A DNA stretch of 64,000 bases from the human T2T-CHM13v2.0 reference genome, Homo sapiens. The position numbers and the translations under genes are program-made. Location: the NCBI RefSeq assembly GCF_009914755.1, contig NC_060934.1; one strand, 5' to 3'. Positions 1 to 19,454 of the stretch are shown in pieces; within the stretch, counting starts at the first letter, position 1, and every line of letters begins with the position of its first letter. Below the pieces are notes generated by a model. It saw only the letters and a program-made list of their open reading frames with translations. It searched no databases and was not told the origin of the DNA.

Positions 1-1080
1 CCACACATATATGTACACGAATGTTCCCAGCAGCATTATTCACAACAGCTAAAAGATGGAAACGACACAAATATCCATCAGGTGACAAATGGATAAACAA
101 ACGAGTTGTTAGAAATACCATTTGACCCAGCCATCCCATTACTTGGTATATACTCAAAGGATTATAAATCAAGCTGCTATAAAGACACATGCACACATAT
201 GTTTATTGTGGCACTATTCACAATAGCAAAGACTTGGAACCAACCCAAATGTCCATCAATGATAGACTGGATTAAGAAAATGTGGCACATATACACCACG
301 GAATACTATGCAGCCATAAAAAAGGATGAGCTCATGTCCTTTGTAGGGACATGGATGATGCTGGAAACCATCATTCTTAGCAAACTATCGCAAGGACAAA
401 AAACCAAACACCGCATGTTCTCACTTATAGGTGGGAATTGAACAATGAGAACACTTGGACACAGGAAGGGGAAAGTCACACACCGGGGCCTGTCATGGGT
501 GTGGGGGGAGGGATAGCATTAGGAGATATACCTAACGTTAAATGAAGAGTTAATGGGTGCAGCACACCAACATGGCACATGTATACATATGTAACAAACC
601 TGCATGTTGTGCACATGTACCCTAGAACTTAAAGTATAATTTTAAAAAAGTATTTTTAAATAAAAGCCCAATAAAAAAACAAAAAACAAATGAGTTCTAT
701 ATAACCACACAATAGAATAATACTCAGTCATAAAAAGGAATCAAGTGCTGATCCATGCTACAAAATGGATGAACCTTGAAAACACTATTCTACGTAAAAG
801 AAGCCAGGTGCGAAGGATCATATATTGTGATGCCTTTTCTAGGGCATATCCAGAATAGGCAGATTCCCAGAAACAGAAAATATATTGCTGGTTGCCAGGG
901 GCTGGGAAAGAGGGGAATGGGAATGACTACTATTGGGGACAGAGATTCTTTCGGGGGGTGACAAAAATGTTCTAGAATTATATGGTGGTGATGGTTGCAC
1001 ATCATTGGAATACACTGAAAACCACTGAATTGTGCCCTTTGAAAGGGTGAATTTTATGATATGTATATTATATCTCAAAA
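1..1080 (+). mobile_element. Old L1M (L1MB/MC-type) 3' end, split by an L1PA insertion
   Basis: L1 ORF2-end/3'UTR motifs at 1-107 and 684-1080. Confidence 0.8.
108..683 (+). mobile_element. 5'-truncated L1PA (about L1PA4/5) 3' end
   Basis: ORF2 C-terminus ([14 protein letters not shown]...SLIGGN), 3'UTR, A tail; 13-bp TSD aaacaaa(c/t)gagtt at 95-107 and 684-696. Confidence 0.92.
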
Positions 1081-1159
1081 GCAATCATAGGGCATAAATT
1101 ACCTTGATCAGCTTCCTTTCTGAGAGCAAACATTAACTGGGAGGAGAAAGTAAATTCTT

Positions 1160-1455
1160 CCGGGCACGGTGGCTCACGCCTGTAATCCCAGCACTTTGGC
1201 GAGCGGATCAACTGAGGTCGGGAGTTCGAGACCAGCCTGACCAACATGGAGAAACCTCGTCTCTACTAAAAATGCAAAATTAGCCAGGCGTGGTGGCGCA
1301 TGCCTGTAATCCCAGCTACTCAGGAGGCTGAGGCAGGAGAATCACTTGAACCCAGGAGGCGGAATTTGCAGTGAGCCGAGATTACACCATTGCACTCCAT
1401 TATGGGCAACAAGAGCAAAACTCCATCTCAAAAAGAAAGAAAGAAAGAAAGAAAA
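1160..1455 (+). mobile_element. AluS (Sp-like)
   Basis: Alu consensus, (AAAG)n tail. Confidence 0.9.
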
Positions 1456-2011
1456 TATAGATGAGTGAAGCCTCTGCATGGTCTGGATTCATGTTTGAGG
1501 CATGTCCTACACCACCATCCATGGACTCTTGTCAAATTGCTGCTATTGTCAATGAAAACATCCACATGGCCTATGCTCCATCCCAGTGGGAAAAAGATAC
1601 TCCCTGGCCTAGCGCTATTCCACCTCTAAACATCTGCGATTCCGCAGGTTCTTAGTTTACTTCTGTAGGGAAGTGCTCACATTTGTTTCTTATTGGAACA
1701 TTTGGGGGAAAAATGTGTATGAGAAGAGCCAAAAGGAACATCAACTTGGGAACACCCTTTTGGAAATGAGGATGGAGCTGTGGCTTAGACTTCAAGGAAG
1801 CTGTTGAAACCTAACACAGGATGAGGCCCCCAAAGAAAGCTGGTGGTTGAACCCCAGGATTCGGCAGTCCAGTCACTGCTTACAAGAGTTGCTATTCCTC
1901 AGGGCATCTCCTTGCTTCCATTTCTTTCATTTGTCCTTACGGGGATAGTGGGTGAAATCGAGGAGGAGAAACCAAGGGGTCCCCACTGTGAAGGTAAAGA
2001 ACAGAATTTTT

Positions 2012-2288
2012 GGCCAGGTGTGGTGGGGGCAGAAGGCAGGAGGATTGCTTAAGCCCAGGAGTTTGAGAGCAGCCTGGGCAACATGGCAAAACCCCATCTA
2101 TACAAAAAATACAAAAATGAGCTGGCCATGGTGGCATGCACCTGTATTCCCAGCTGTTTGGGAGGTTGAGGTGGGAGAACCACCTGAGCCTAGGAGGTCA
2201 AGGCTGCAGTGATCTGTGATTATGCCACTGCACTCCAGTGTGGGCGACAGATCAATACTGTCCAAAAACAAATAAACAAACAAAAAAG
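2012..2288 (+). mobile_element. AluJ-like
   Basis: Diverged Alu dimer. Confidence 0.88.
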
Positions 2289-2292
2289 AGAA

Positions 2293-2464
2293 TTTTTTTT
2301 TTTTTTTTTTTTTAGAGAGACATTTTCTTGCTCTGTCGCCCTGGCTGGAGTGCAGTGGCATGATCATAGCTCAGTGTAGCCTGGAACCCCTGGCTTCAAG
2401 CAATCCTCCCACCTCAGCCTCCCAAGATGCTGGGATTATAGGTGTGAGCCACCGTGCCTGGCCC
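2293..2464 (-). mobile_element. Monomer-length Alu (FLAM/FRAM/AluJ)
   Basis: Poly-T then reverse Alu. Confidence 0.85.
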
Positions 2465-2579
2465 CAGAATAAATTTTATACCAGAATGTACAGTGGCAAA
2501 TGCGAGAATGAACTGACGAGGGAAGGAGGGTGAGATTATAGAACTGCAAAGTAATTGAGTCATCTGGAGATCAGATTCA

Positions 2580-2752
<173 letters not shown>

Positions 2753-3058
2753 ACCCTAATCTTATTATGCAAGTGAATTCTCCCTTTGTCTGGTGCCATC
2801 TTTTCTGCTCCTTAGTGTACACGTGGCTGGCAGAGAAGGGAAAATGGATCTGCCATGCTGAACATGTCTAGCTCCTAGTTCCTGCTCGCATTCACCTGTG
2901 CAAGCTCCCAATTTGCTTGTCTATGTCTGCAGACTTTACACACTGCTCTTTGTTAGAAAGTGATTTGGGACTGCTTTTCATTAAAAAGAAAAAGCCTTAC
3001 TGAGGACTTCCATACCCTCACTATCTGCTTAAGTGATTTCTTCCTAACTCCTATATCA
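2753..3058 (-). mobile_element. ERV1 LTR fragment, LTR9B-like (5' half)
   Basis: Homologous to 21469-22116 and 25755-26311; terminus TGATATAGGAGTTA on minus. Confidence 0.75.
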
Positions 3059-3154
3059 ATGTCTCTCGTTTTCCGTAAGATAAAAAGGAAACTCCCTAAC
3101 AAAAAGGGACTTACATAGTTTAGAAAGGACCACCACCATTTAGAAAGGACATTT

Positions 3155-3705
<551 letters not shown>

Positions 3706-4249
3706 TCAAAGACACAACTTTTGAAATTTAGAAAAAGTGTGTTACTAACAGCGAGAATTCATGACACGCCCTAAAAAATATATGGGGATAAAAAATGGGA
3801 GCCTCTGATTTAGTCTTGCGGTTGCACCACACCAAGCCGGACAAGAAACAAACACTTCTCCATCTTCAGTGAGACAGGAAGCTGGTATGAAAGACGCCGT
3901 TTTAGTATGGCTAAAAAGACACGGCAATGCCAGCCAAGTAAAATACTTAGCGGAACTCGGGTGTGGACAGGAGAATGTAGGCTTGCACACGGGAGGTGGT
4001 GGAGTGAGCCTTCCACCTTGGGGAGCAGAGCCACGTTCCCGGGTTACTGAGCTGAGCTGGGCGGTTACTCAGCCTACAAACACAGGTTTCCCAGCACTTG
4101 AACTTGAGACTCCTGAAACCGACAAGGTGGTTCAGAATTCCTTGGAGGAGCTGGGGAGATGGTATCATCTCTGTCACTTGTGGGACTAAAGACCATTTCA
4201 TTTTGCCCAGCAATAGCCTAGAATCTGGCACCTGTAGGACTAAAGACCG

Positions 4250-5236
<987 letters not shown>

Positions 5237-5747
5237 TAGCCTCAGAAACCCTGAGAGGTAGAGCTCAACACAGAAGCAGCTCAGAGCAGCTCGCAGCCTT
5301 TCCAAGTCTGGTGGCTGGGGGAAGACCCAGCTGGGATTCGGCTGACTTCTGAGCCTTTTACCTCTTTACGGCTCTGACACCCTAGAGCACCAACACAGCT
5401 GCCTCTGAGTGTATTTTGAGACATTATATTTGTAAACTGCATGTAACTTTCTGAATGAAGTTTTAGAAGCAGATGGCACACCCTCACCAGCTCATTTCTT
5501 GCCAGTATTCTCAATTGTCGGCACCAGAGAGTCAGTCAGATACTGCTTTGGAGACAGAAAATATTGCCGGGCAAGGTAAAATCTTTAGCCTTTGACTCTT
5601 CAGTAAACACAAACTAATGAGAAACCTAGGTCTTATTTTGCCAATAAGCAGAGACTGGAACACTCAATAATAGTGAGAGAAAGAACAGATCATGCAAATG
5701 AGGAGAACTGATGATGTTGCCAAGTGAAGCTAGGTGAAGAGGATTAA

Positions 5748-6133
<386 letters not shown>

Positions 6134-6421
6134 AAATTTTCTTTTAAGTAGCTTAAAGTCACAGGGGAAAACAAAACTATTCACATAGACTTTTTCTTTG
6201 TTTGAATTGGCAAATGCCACCAAGAGTCCAGAAGCTACAAGGAAGCGGTGACAATGGTAGCCTGTGTGGCTACCCTTTGTACCTTTTGAATTCTCTACAA
6301 AGTTTTTAAATTTGTTTAAAAAAGAGAATTCATGTTCCAGACTTAAGGTTGCTTTAAGGAACAGACAGGGAAGGACATAAACACATCATCCTTCTGTTGA
6401 TCCAGACTGGAGATGCTTTGA

Positions 6422-6868
<447 letters not shown>

Positions 6869-6914
6869 TAATCTTGGCAATTCTTAAAAGAAAATCTTTA
6901 TAAACAGAAATTAC

Positions 6915-7212
<298 letters not shown>

Positions 7213-7826
7213 ATTTCTCTAAATTGTAACATCTTTATCAGTGGAATAGGGGCAGGAACCCACATGACAGGGCTGTTTGAAGGTTGAGATCATGTGGGTA
7301 AGGCTTCTTGGACAGCAGTGGGTGAAGCAGTAGCTTCCAGCATCATCCTAAAGCTGTCTCCGCAGGCAGGACGGCCAGGGTTCTGCCCATCTCACAGGTG
7401 GGCAGGATCTGCTGGTGCTCCCAGTGGTTCTGGAAAAGAGATGTGAAAAGTGCAGGCAACCCACCAATCAGTGAATAATTCCTGATTGCTTTCTGGCTGA
7501 GGTTATTGTTCTCTGCAGCCTTCTGTGGGAAATGAGTAGGATCTAAGTAATGGGAATTGGGGAACCTAAAACCGAAGTAAGTGATGGTCAGTAGAATCAG
7601 GACAGTTGGACAGCAAAGGGAGGAAAAAGGGAAGATCTTTGAGAGAAAAGCAGACAAGTTAAAGGGCATGATAGAGGTGCTTACGGATTCAGGGAGGGGA
7701 GAGGAAAAGGAAATTTATATGTCCAAGACAGAGAGTAAAAGTACATTCTAGGACTAGGTGGGGAATGACAAAAGCAGAAGAAATACAAAACTATCAAATG
7801 CCTGTGATAGTGTTTAGAAGCAATCA

Positions 7827-8240
<414 letters not shown>

Positions 8241-8391
8241 TTAGGGAGAATCAAGGCACCGTCTTGGTCAGGAATCCATAAGTGCTCCCTTTGTCCTGGT
8301 ATTCAAGGCCTTCCATGATTTTGACCCAAATGCACCTAACCAGTCTCGGCCCTCACTACAATAAATAAAGTCATTTAGTAAAGCTTTCTTT

Positions 8392-8714
8392 GCCAGGCGT
8401 GGTGGCTCACACCTGTAATCCCAGCACTTTGGGAGGCTGAGGCAGGAGGATCATTGGAGGCCAGGAGTTAGAGACCAGCCTGGGCATCATAGTGAGACCC
8501 TGTCTCTACAAAAAAAAAAAAAAAAAAAAGTTAAAAATCAGCTGGGTGCTGTGGCGCACACCTGTAGTCCAAGCTACTCAGGAGGCTGAGACAGGAGGAC
8601 TGCTTGAGCCTAGGAATTTGAGGTTATAGTGAGTTATGATTATACCACTGCACTCCAACGTGGGTGACAGAGCAAGACCCTGCCTTTAAAAAACAAAGCA
8701 AAATAAAACAAAAA
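8392..8714 (+). mobile_element. AluJ
   Basis: Alu consensus with expanded middle A-tract. Confidence 0.9.
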
Positions 8715-9695
8715 CCTTTCTTGACCACCTGTCTTGGGCTAGGAACTAAAAGAATGAAGCCTTGACTCTGCTCTTTTTACCTAATGGGAATGCCCTCTAC
8801 TCCAGGTAGACCATCTCTCTTCAGAAAGCCAAGTTTCTTTCCCTGACACCGTTGCTCATACCCGTAAGAGCTGAAAAAATAACTCTCAGGGATGCACCTG
8901 GGATAAAGGCATTTCAGAAATTGCTTCCCCAGCAAAGGACCTGACGTTAATCCTGTTGCCTTAGATTGTTTCCTGAGCTTCCCTTGCCCTGTCTACGTCC
9001 CACTTTCCCTCTCTGGCCCTTCAACGAATTCATTCAGCAGCGGCCCCCTCAAGGAGCTTGCAACCTAGAAGTGATAAAACAAGTACTAATAAGTGACTCT
9101 GATAGTGACCAGCATGTGGCAAAAGTGCTATTGCAGGAAGGGAGATGGTGGAAGAGGAGGGAAAGAATGCACTAGAATGACTATGGAGGAGGCACCGTTG
9201 GAGATGGAAGGGCATGAGTAGGACTATAGAGATTGGATGGTTGATTGAGTTGATTGAGAGCTGGTTGAGTGAGTATCTTGCATGGCTGCATTTGGTATGT
9301 TTGATGGGGGTAGTGGTGGTCGTGGTGTTTAAAATGATGGTAGTAGTATTTTGGTGATGAATCTGGAGAGCTTGATTTGAGCAATGCTGTGAAGAGCTTC
9401 TGTTGGCAGGCTGGGGAATTTGTACTTAATATAGTAGCCATTAGGGATTCATCAAACGTCTTTGAGAAGAAGAGTGACACAGAACCATGTAATCTTAGAG
9501 CTCAAAGGGGACTTAAAGGCCTCTAATTCCACCAAAAGTTTGACATCTCTGTCTACCAAGTGTGGGCCGGGAAACTAGTTTCTCACTGTCATGAGGGTTA
9601 AATGAGAGGGCACTTGTAAAGCGCTCAGCCCATGGTTTGACACCTAATAAAGCTCAAATAATGTAGTAAAGCTCAATTAATGTTGACTGACACTG

Positions 9696-9745
9696 TCATC
9701 ATCATCATCACCATCATCATCACCATCATCACCATCATCATCATC
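9696..9745 (+). repeat. (CAT)n/(CAC) trinucleotide microsatellite
   Basis: Directly visible. Confidence 0.95.
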
Positions 9746-9769
9746 AGCTTGGTTATTATTTAGGAAGGT

Positions 9770-10200
9770 GTTCCTTAAGCCTTATTCCTCAGTTGTCCTA
9801 CAAGTATTTGAAGACAACTGTCCATTTCTGTGTGAGCTTTTTCCTCTTTAAATATTCCTGGCTTCTTCCAGCACTCCTTACACATGGGTGTCACATTCCC
9901 TTACCTTTCTGACTCCGTCTAGCCCTTGTAAAATGTGGTACACAAAATCCAGTAGTCTGTCTGATCATAGCTGACCACAGCAGTTTCTTCCTTTCTTTCA
10001 TTCTAGAGATGATGCCTGAATTGAAAAAAAAAAAAAGCCAAAAAGTTTTTGGCAGCCTCATCACATTGAATCTTGGAATATAATGCTGATTTAAACTCCC
10101 AAGACATTCCCACATACACTAGTGCTAAGCTGCAACCTTTCCACTCTCTCCTTGTACGTGGTCCCAGCACAGAGCTTCAGATTGCTTTATGATGATTAAA
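9770..10200 (-). mobile_element. Ancient CR1/L3-like LINE fragment
   Basis: Motifs such as aaatgtggt..caaaa, tttttggcagcctcatcacattg; very diverged. Confidence 0.45.
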
Positions 10201-10623
10201 TCTCCTCTTTTTGTCAGGAAAAGGCCTTGAAATGGGCAGAAAGATTACTGAGTTTCCTTTCAGTGGATGGCTGGGTATTATCTAGCAGAGGCTTCAGGGT
10301 TGTCTGATTTCACAGGGGTCTGTGTCTTTCATCGTTTTTGACTGAACTATTTTGTAACTGTAAATTATAGAAAACACAAGGTTATGGAAATGATTCTTGT
10401 CCATAGAGATACAAACGAGTTTTGTCTGGTAGAAATGCAATTGATTTCTACCCCATAAAGAGGCTGTCAGTCTTGCACCTCTTAGTAAATTTATTTCAGC
10501 ACTCCTGATTGCTTGTAGATATGTCTGTTCTTTGGATTCTCTTTCAGCCAGTTGTAATATTTTGCTGTCTGCATCATCAATTAATGAGTTAAGTTAATTT
10601 AAAAATCTTGGACACATGTTCAT

Positions 10624-10745
10624 TATATATATATATATATACACGCGTATATTTATGCATATATATTCATTATATATTATATATGCATATATATGCACAT
10701 ATATACACGCATATATTCATTATATATGCATATATATGTGTGTAT

Positions 10746-10780
<35 letters not shown>
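10624..10780 (+). repeat. Compound (TA)n/(TG)n microsatellite at Alu tail
   Basis: Directly visible. Confidence 0.95.
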
Positions 10781-10782
<2 letters not shown>

Positions 10783-10783
<1 letters not shown>

Positions 10784-11068
10784 TTTTTGAGACAGAGTCT
10801 CCCTCTGTTGCCCAGGCTGGAGTGCAGTAGCACAATCTTGGCTCACTGCTACCTCCACCTCCTGGGCTCAAGCGATTCCCATGTCACAGCTTCCTGAGTA
10901 GCTGGGACTACAGGCGTGTGCTACCATGCCCTGCTAATTTTTGTATTTTTAGTAGAAATGGGGTTTCACCATGTTGGCCAGCTGGTCCTGAACTCCTGGC
11001 TTCAAGTTATCCATCTGCTTCAGTCTCTCAAAGTGCTGGGATTACAGGAGCGAGCCGCCACACCTGGC
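10783..11068 (-). mobile_element. Alu (J/S)
   Basis: Reverse Alu. Confidence 0.9.
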
Positions 11069-11599
11069 TTATTTTATATTTGTATAAGAACCACGATTTT
11101 TTACTTCTACACATTTATAACAGTGCAGATACAGCATATTGCTTTCTGATTTTCCTATTCCATGACAAATTGGAGAGTTCTGCACAGGGCAGAAATGAAG
11201 ACTGACCAAGCCATGGAGACCTCATTTTAGATTAGTTATGAGACTCTCAACCTGTATGTCTTGGTAAAGTTGTTCAACCAGATATTAATTCACTTAACGA
11301 AATCTATCTCCTTTTACTTACAAACAGGCTGTTTATAAGTCCATTTGTTCATAAGTTCCAAGTGATTAAGAGGGGGTTAAAGTTGAAACTTGCAATCCCC
11401 AGATACATTTCTGTCAATGATGACTGTAGGTCAGACTTCTATAACTTTAAAATCAGGCATATATTTCTCCTTTTTGCTCATTTATATTCTAATGGACACC
11501 CTCTGCCAAGATAGACCAGTCTATTATTGAAAATCCGGACCGATCTTCTTGTATAGTATCAAGGAGAAATGTGTGAACCCAGAAAGTGTCACCCTTCAA

Positions 11600-12010
11600 G
11601 ACAGATTGTGAGTGGGTAACTGGATCTAAGTCCTGATGGAGCTGAGAGCCATTTGCCAACTGGAGGTTACACTTGTACCCTAAACAAGCTGAAGAGTAGT
11701 TAAACTTTGGAGCTTTCATAGCCGTCTGGCCCTGTCGATGCCAGCAGAATCAACTGCTGCTGGAAGGTCCCATTCTGCCATCTGGACCTGATCCATGAAC
11801 TCGGATCTGTGGTCAGTTTTAACATCAACCAATCAGGATTGAGCGAGCTTACATGTCTCATTTGCATAGCAGACTGGAGGGGGATCCCGGGCTGGAACTT
11901 TCCCCAGCAAGACAGTCCCCTCTTGGTTCTAGTGGAGTGCACTTTTGTTTCGTACAGAAGGCGTCCTCTCCCCAGTTTGAAAACTGCTTGCTGGAATAAT
12001 GTCTCTTTTT
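11600..12010 (+). mobile_element. Old ERV1 LTR, MER110-like
   Basis: aaccaatcag...atttgcat...gaaggcg...ccccagtttg...ctggaataa; CCAAT 11829-11833, octamer 11860-11867; 5' boundary uncertain. Confidence 0.55.
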
Positions 12011-12203
12011 CTTTCTTTTTTTTTTAGAGACAGGATCTCTCTCTGTCGCCCAGGCTGGAGTGCAGTGGCACAATCCTAGCTCTCTGCTGCCTTCTACTCC
12101 TGGGCTCAAGGGATCCTCCCACCTCAGCCTCCTGAGGAGCTATAGGCACATAACACCACACTTGCCTAATTTTTGTATTTCAATTTTTTGTAGAGGTGGG
12201 GTC

Positions 12204-12899
<696 letters not shown>

Positions 12900-13619
12900 A
12901 AGTCCCACTATGTTTCCCCGGCTGGTCTCAAGCTCCTGGGCTCAGGTGATGCAGGTGATCCTCCGGTTTTGGCCTCCCGAAGTGCTGGGATTACAGGCAT
13001 GAGTAACCATGCTTGTCACTCCTATGGGTCTTAGGGGTGAGAGATGAACAGATCAGTTTGGGGCTTTTTTGTCATGTATACGAACCCGAAGTCCGATCTA
13101 TAAAAGCCACTTTAGGGAGTGTCAAGAAAACAGGAGTGAGCGTGTAAATAGAAGCCAATGCATAAGGTTTATGTTTGGGTCTGACTCGGAAGGAAAAACA
13201 ATACACCTATGAAGATGAAAAAGGCCGTGTCTCTGAAAACCTTTGAGCTCTTCAGAGAAGTGCATCACATATGCAAGCTCTTCTATGACCCTCCTTACCT
13301 TTCATCCCCTATTGGCAGTTGTATGACCTTTCTATTCCCAGCACCTGTCACAGCACCCTGTAATGATTGGAACTCATGGTTGTGCTTTGAGTGGGAAGGT
13401 GGGCAGAGGGTGAGGACATCCTGTGTAGGAACAGAGGACCAAATGTTGGGTTAGCATGGCAGGGGTGGCTGACAGATTATTCTCTGACTGGCAAAGTCAA
13501 AGAACCTGAAAAGACAGATGTTTTCCTGTATTCCAAAAGGCTTTCAAACAAATGTGTGAATATTTGACATAGTAACTTCACTTGTAGAAACCCGATTAGC
13601 CTAAAGAAATAGCCAGCAA

Positions 13620-13907
13620 GGCTGGGCGTGGTGGCCACATTTGTAATCCCCGCACTTTGGGAGGCTGAGGTGGGTGGATCGCTTGAGCCCACAGTTTGAG
13701 ATCGCCTGGGCAACATGGTGAAACCCTGTGTCTACAGAGAATACAAAAATTAGCTGGGCGTGGTGATGCGTGCCTGGAGTCCCAGCTACTCAGGAGGCTG
13801 AGGTGGGAAGATCAATTGAGCCTGGGAAGTTGAGGCTGCAGTGAGCCTTGATAATGCCACTGTACTCCAGCCTGGTTGACAGAACAAGACCTTGTCTCAA
13901 AAAAAGA
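13620..13907 (+). mobile_element. AluJ
   Basis: Alu consensus. Confidence 0.9.
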
Positions 13908-14369
13908 GAAATAACCAGAAAGGATATATGACAATAACGTCTGTCAGCATTATTTGTAAATGTTAACCCAATGTCCAGCAATTGGACAATGGTTAGGTAA
14001 ATAAGATGAAACACCGCGCAATATTATCATGCAGACATTCGACATGTAAGTGAATCATGGTTCATGTTGTTGGGAAATGAGCATGAGAGAAAAAAGCAAG
14101 ATTCTGATTTCAGTATAAAGAAGGTTGTCAACAAAGTAAAATACCGATGGACAGAAAAGAAATCAAGGGAATACCCCAGATGTTCTCATTTGTTATTTCT
14201 TGGTGAAATTATCAATGATGAAATTATCAGTGATGTTATTTCAACAAAGATCACAGAAGCTGGATTCTTGTGCTGGTTATGTTATGTTGGCTACAGATGA
14301 TAGTAACGCTTTGGGTTGTTTTTTGATCTTTACCTTCCTTTGGGGATAGATTATGCGACTGAAGTTTTA

Positions 14370-14723
<354 letters not shown>

Positions 14724-14907
14724 TTAAACTACCATAGATGTTGTTTTTGAAATGTTTTTGAAAGCAGTTGAGAGCAGAAATGAAGATGACGGAACAATGC
14801 AGTTTCTTTGCCTCCCTTGGTATCTATTTTCCAATAAGTTAAACAAATCGTTTTGACTGGAATTATGCTAGTGCTTTATTGGGTGGGGCCTCCTTAGTTA
14901 TTTATAT

Positions 14908-15440
14908 GCTGTTACAGGACGAACTATGTCTCTTTCAAAATTCGTATGTTGAAGCCTTAACCCTCAATATCTCAGAATGTAACACATTTGGAGATAAGGT
15001 CTTTAAACTGGTGATTAAGTTAAAATAAGCCCCTTCCCTTTTCCTTAGCAAACTAATGCAGGAACAGAAAATCAAATAGCCCATGTTCTCACTTATAAGT
15101 GGGAGCCAAATGATGAGAACACATGGACACAGAGGGGAACAACACATACTGGGGCCCACTTGAGGTTAGAGGGTGGAGGAGGGAGAGGAGCAGAAAAGAT
15201 AACTATTGGGTACTAGGCTTAGTACCTGGGTGACAAAGTGATCTGTAAAACCAAGCCCTATGACATGAGTTTACCTATATAGCAAACCTGCACATGTACA
15301 CTTGAACCCAAAATAAAAGTTTAAAACAACAACAACAAAAATGAGGCCCTTAGGGTGGGCCCTAACCAAAATGCCTGGTGTCCTTATACAAAGAGGCAAT
15401 TAGAACACAGGCACACCCAGAGGAAAGGCCATGTAAGGAC
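14908..15440 (+). mobile_element. MLT1B-like MaLR LTR split by an L1P 3' end
   Basis: MLT1 motifs either side of the L1. Confidence 0.75.
15040..15338 (+). mobile_element. L1PA13-16-type 3' end
   Basis: L1 3'UTR (aactattgggtactaggcttagtacctgggtgac), A-rich tail. Confidence 0.85.
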
Positions 15441-15899
15441 CCTGTGTGTTTCTGAGCTGCAGGTCTGGAGTAGCCACGACTTGGCATTGCTTTTGTCTGA
15501 GACGTTTAATTGATAACACAACAGAGCAGCCCCAAATAGCATAGCAAGCTTCTCCCTCGGCTGCCAAGGAGCTGCACATCTCATTCCTGGGTCCACCTGC
15601 CTTGGAACTGGGGCTCTGGCCTCTTGGCTGAGAGGGTCTGAGTCGGGGCTGAATTCTTCTGAAGGCAAAGGAGGGACAGGTGCTGTGGGCCCCTCTGGCC
15701 TCACACACACAACAGGAAGCATCCGATGGGTACTTCGAGGGGGTCATCCCTGGCCATAGAGCAATTTTGCAGAGATTATAAAATGGTCTAACTGTCCTTC
15801 CCACTCGAACTCCTCATCCCTTCTGCAGCCCCAGGCCCTGTGCAGGGAGATGCTGTCTGAATGTGGTAAGAGGCGTTGTAAATTCAGTCTTTCATTTAA

Positions 15900-16511
<612 letters not shown>

Positions 16512-16599
16512 TAAAAATTTACTTTTTGATGTAAAACATAAATTCTTGTAGTAGTGAGATAATCTCTCATAGCTCATACAGTTTGTTAAATAAAAAGCT

Positions 16600-16820
16600 T
16601 GGGCACTGGAACCCAACTGTCTAAATCCAATTCCTAGCCTGGCTAGTTAGAAGCCGTGTGAGCTTAGGCCCTTTACTTAACTTCTCTGATCACTGCTTTC
16701 CTTGCCTATATAATGGGGGTGATACTGTACCTACCTTGGAAATAGGAGGATTCAATGAGTTTGAAACACAGGCAGCACTTAAAACATGCTGGGCATACAG
16801 GAAGCATTCAGTACATAATA
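16600..16820 (+). mobile_element. MIR
   Basis: MIR core (gtgtgagcttagg...ttacttaacttctctg). Confidence 0.7.
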
Positions 16821-16856
16821 ATGAGTTCTTTTATTGTGGTAAAATATGCATAACAA

Positions 16857-17175
<319 letters not shown>

Positions 17176-17219
17176 TTAACCATTTTTATTTTTATATTCA
17201 TTAATTATTATTATTATTA

Positions 17220-17514
17220 ATTTTTTTTGGAGACAGAGTCTAAAGCTGTTGCCCAGGCTGGAGTTTAGTGACGCAACCTCGACTCACTACAACTTCTGCC
17301 TCCTGGGTTCAATCACAATTCTCCTACCTCAGCCTCCCAAGTAGCTGGGACTACAGGTGCCCGCCACCACGCCTGGCTAATTTTTTTTGTATTTTAGTAG
17401 AGATGGGGTTTCACCATGTTGCCCAGGCTGGTCTTGAACTCCTGAGCTCAGGCAATCCACTGCCTCAGCCTCCCAAAGTGTTAGGATTACAGGCATGAGC
17501 CACTGTGCTTGGCC
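17220..17514 (-). mobile_element. AluS
   Basis: Reverse Alu. Confidence 0.9.
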
Positions 17515-18810
17515 ATTTTAACTGTTTTTAATAGTACAGTCTGTGGCATTAAGTATGTTTACATTGTTGTGCAACCATCATGACCATCTATCTCCAGAGC
17601 CTTTTCATCTTCCCAAACAGAAACTCTGTCTCTGTGAAACAACAACTCCCCATTTCCTCCTCCATTAGCCTCTGGCAACCATCATTCTACTTTCTGTTTC
17701 TGTGAATTTGACTACTGTAGGGATCTCATATAAATGGGATCATACAGTATTTGTTCTTCTGTGATTGGCTTACTTCCTTTAGCATAATGTCCTCAAGGTC
17801 CATCCATGTAGCATGGGTTAGAATGTCCTTCCTTTTTAAGGGCGAATAATATTCCATTGTATGGATAGACCACATTTTAAAAATCCATTGATAAACACTT
17901 TCGTTGCTTCTACCTTTTGGTATTATGAATAATGCTGCTGTAAACATTTGTACATAAATGTCTCTTTGAGACCCTGTTTTCAATTCTTTTGGGTATATAC
18001 CTAGAAGCGGAATTGCTGGATCCTATGGTCATTCCACGTTTAATCTTTTGAGGAACCGCCATGATGTTTCCCGCAGCGGCTGCACTATCATTCTCATGGT
18101 TTCAGACACCATCTATAAGGCTGATGAATTCCAGCTTTATAGCTACAGCTTTACGCTGCCCCTGAGTTGTATGCAATTTCCTACTTGATCTTGTCAGTTA
18201 GATGTCTCACGGATCTTCTTCGAACTGCTCCTCCTCCTTGCCCCTCTCTCACTTTCCCTCATTTTGGTAAATGGCACTAACTGAGCAGAGTTGCCCCAGC
18301 TGAAAACCTTCTGCAGAGCCCAGTGCAGAAGGAAGATGTGGAGCCTCAGCCAGGACCAGGGAAGTCAATCCCCCCTTCCCACAAGCCTGTGGCCCCAACC
18401 TACAGTGGACAGGCCACCCCAAAGGGATCCAGGGTGGTCAAGAGCCCTGGATCACCAGGGAAAAGATTTCTTGACTCCACTTGGGGAGGAATTTATCTTG
18501 ATTGAATGTGTACCGTGTGCCAGACATCATCTAGGTGATGGGGATACAACAGAGAACAGAACAGATGAAATCCTGTTGTCATGGAACTTTTATTCTGTGA
18601 GGCTGCACTTACTCTATGTCTATTACTAAGCACTTGTCAAGAGCCAGGCCCTGACCTTGCACTAAGATACAGCAGTGAGCAAAATGCACAAACATATAAT
18701 TACATATGGTGATAAATTAATTCATTCAGCCAGTAGTCCAGATTGCTATATGAACACATAGCAGGTGATTAGATCTGGCTTGGGAACTGGGGAATTCCTA
18801 AAAAATGTAA

Positions 18811-19452
<642 letters not shown>

Positions 19453-19454
19453 CA

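Noticed and set aside
106-441. 111-aa ORF
   Set aside because: C-terminus of L1 ORF2 in a 5'-truncated copy.
10608-10871. HT/VC/YI-repeat ORFs (also 54738-54977)
   Set aside because: Microsatellite translations.
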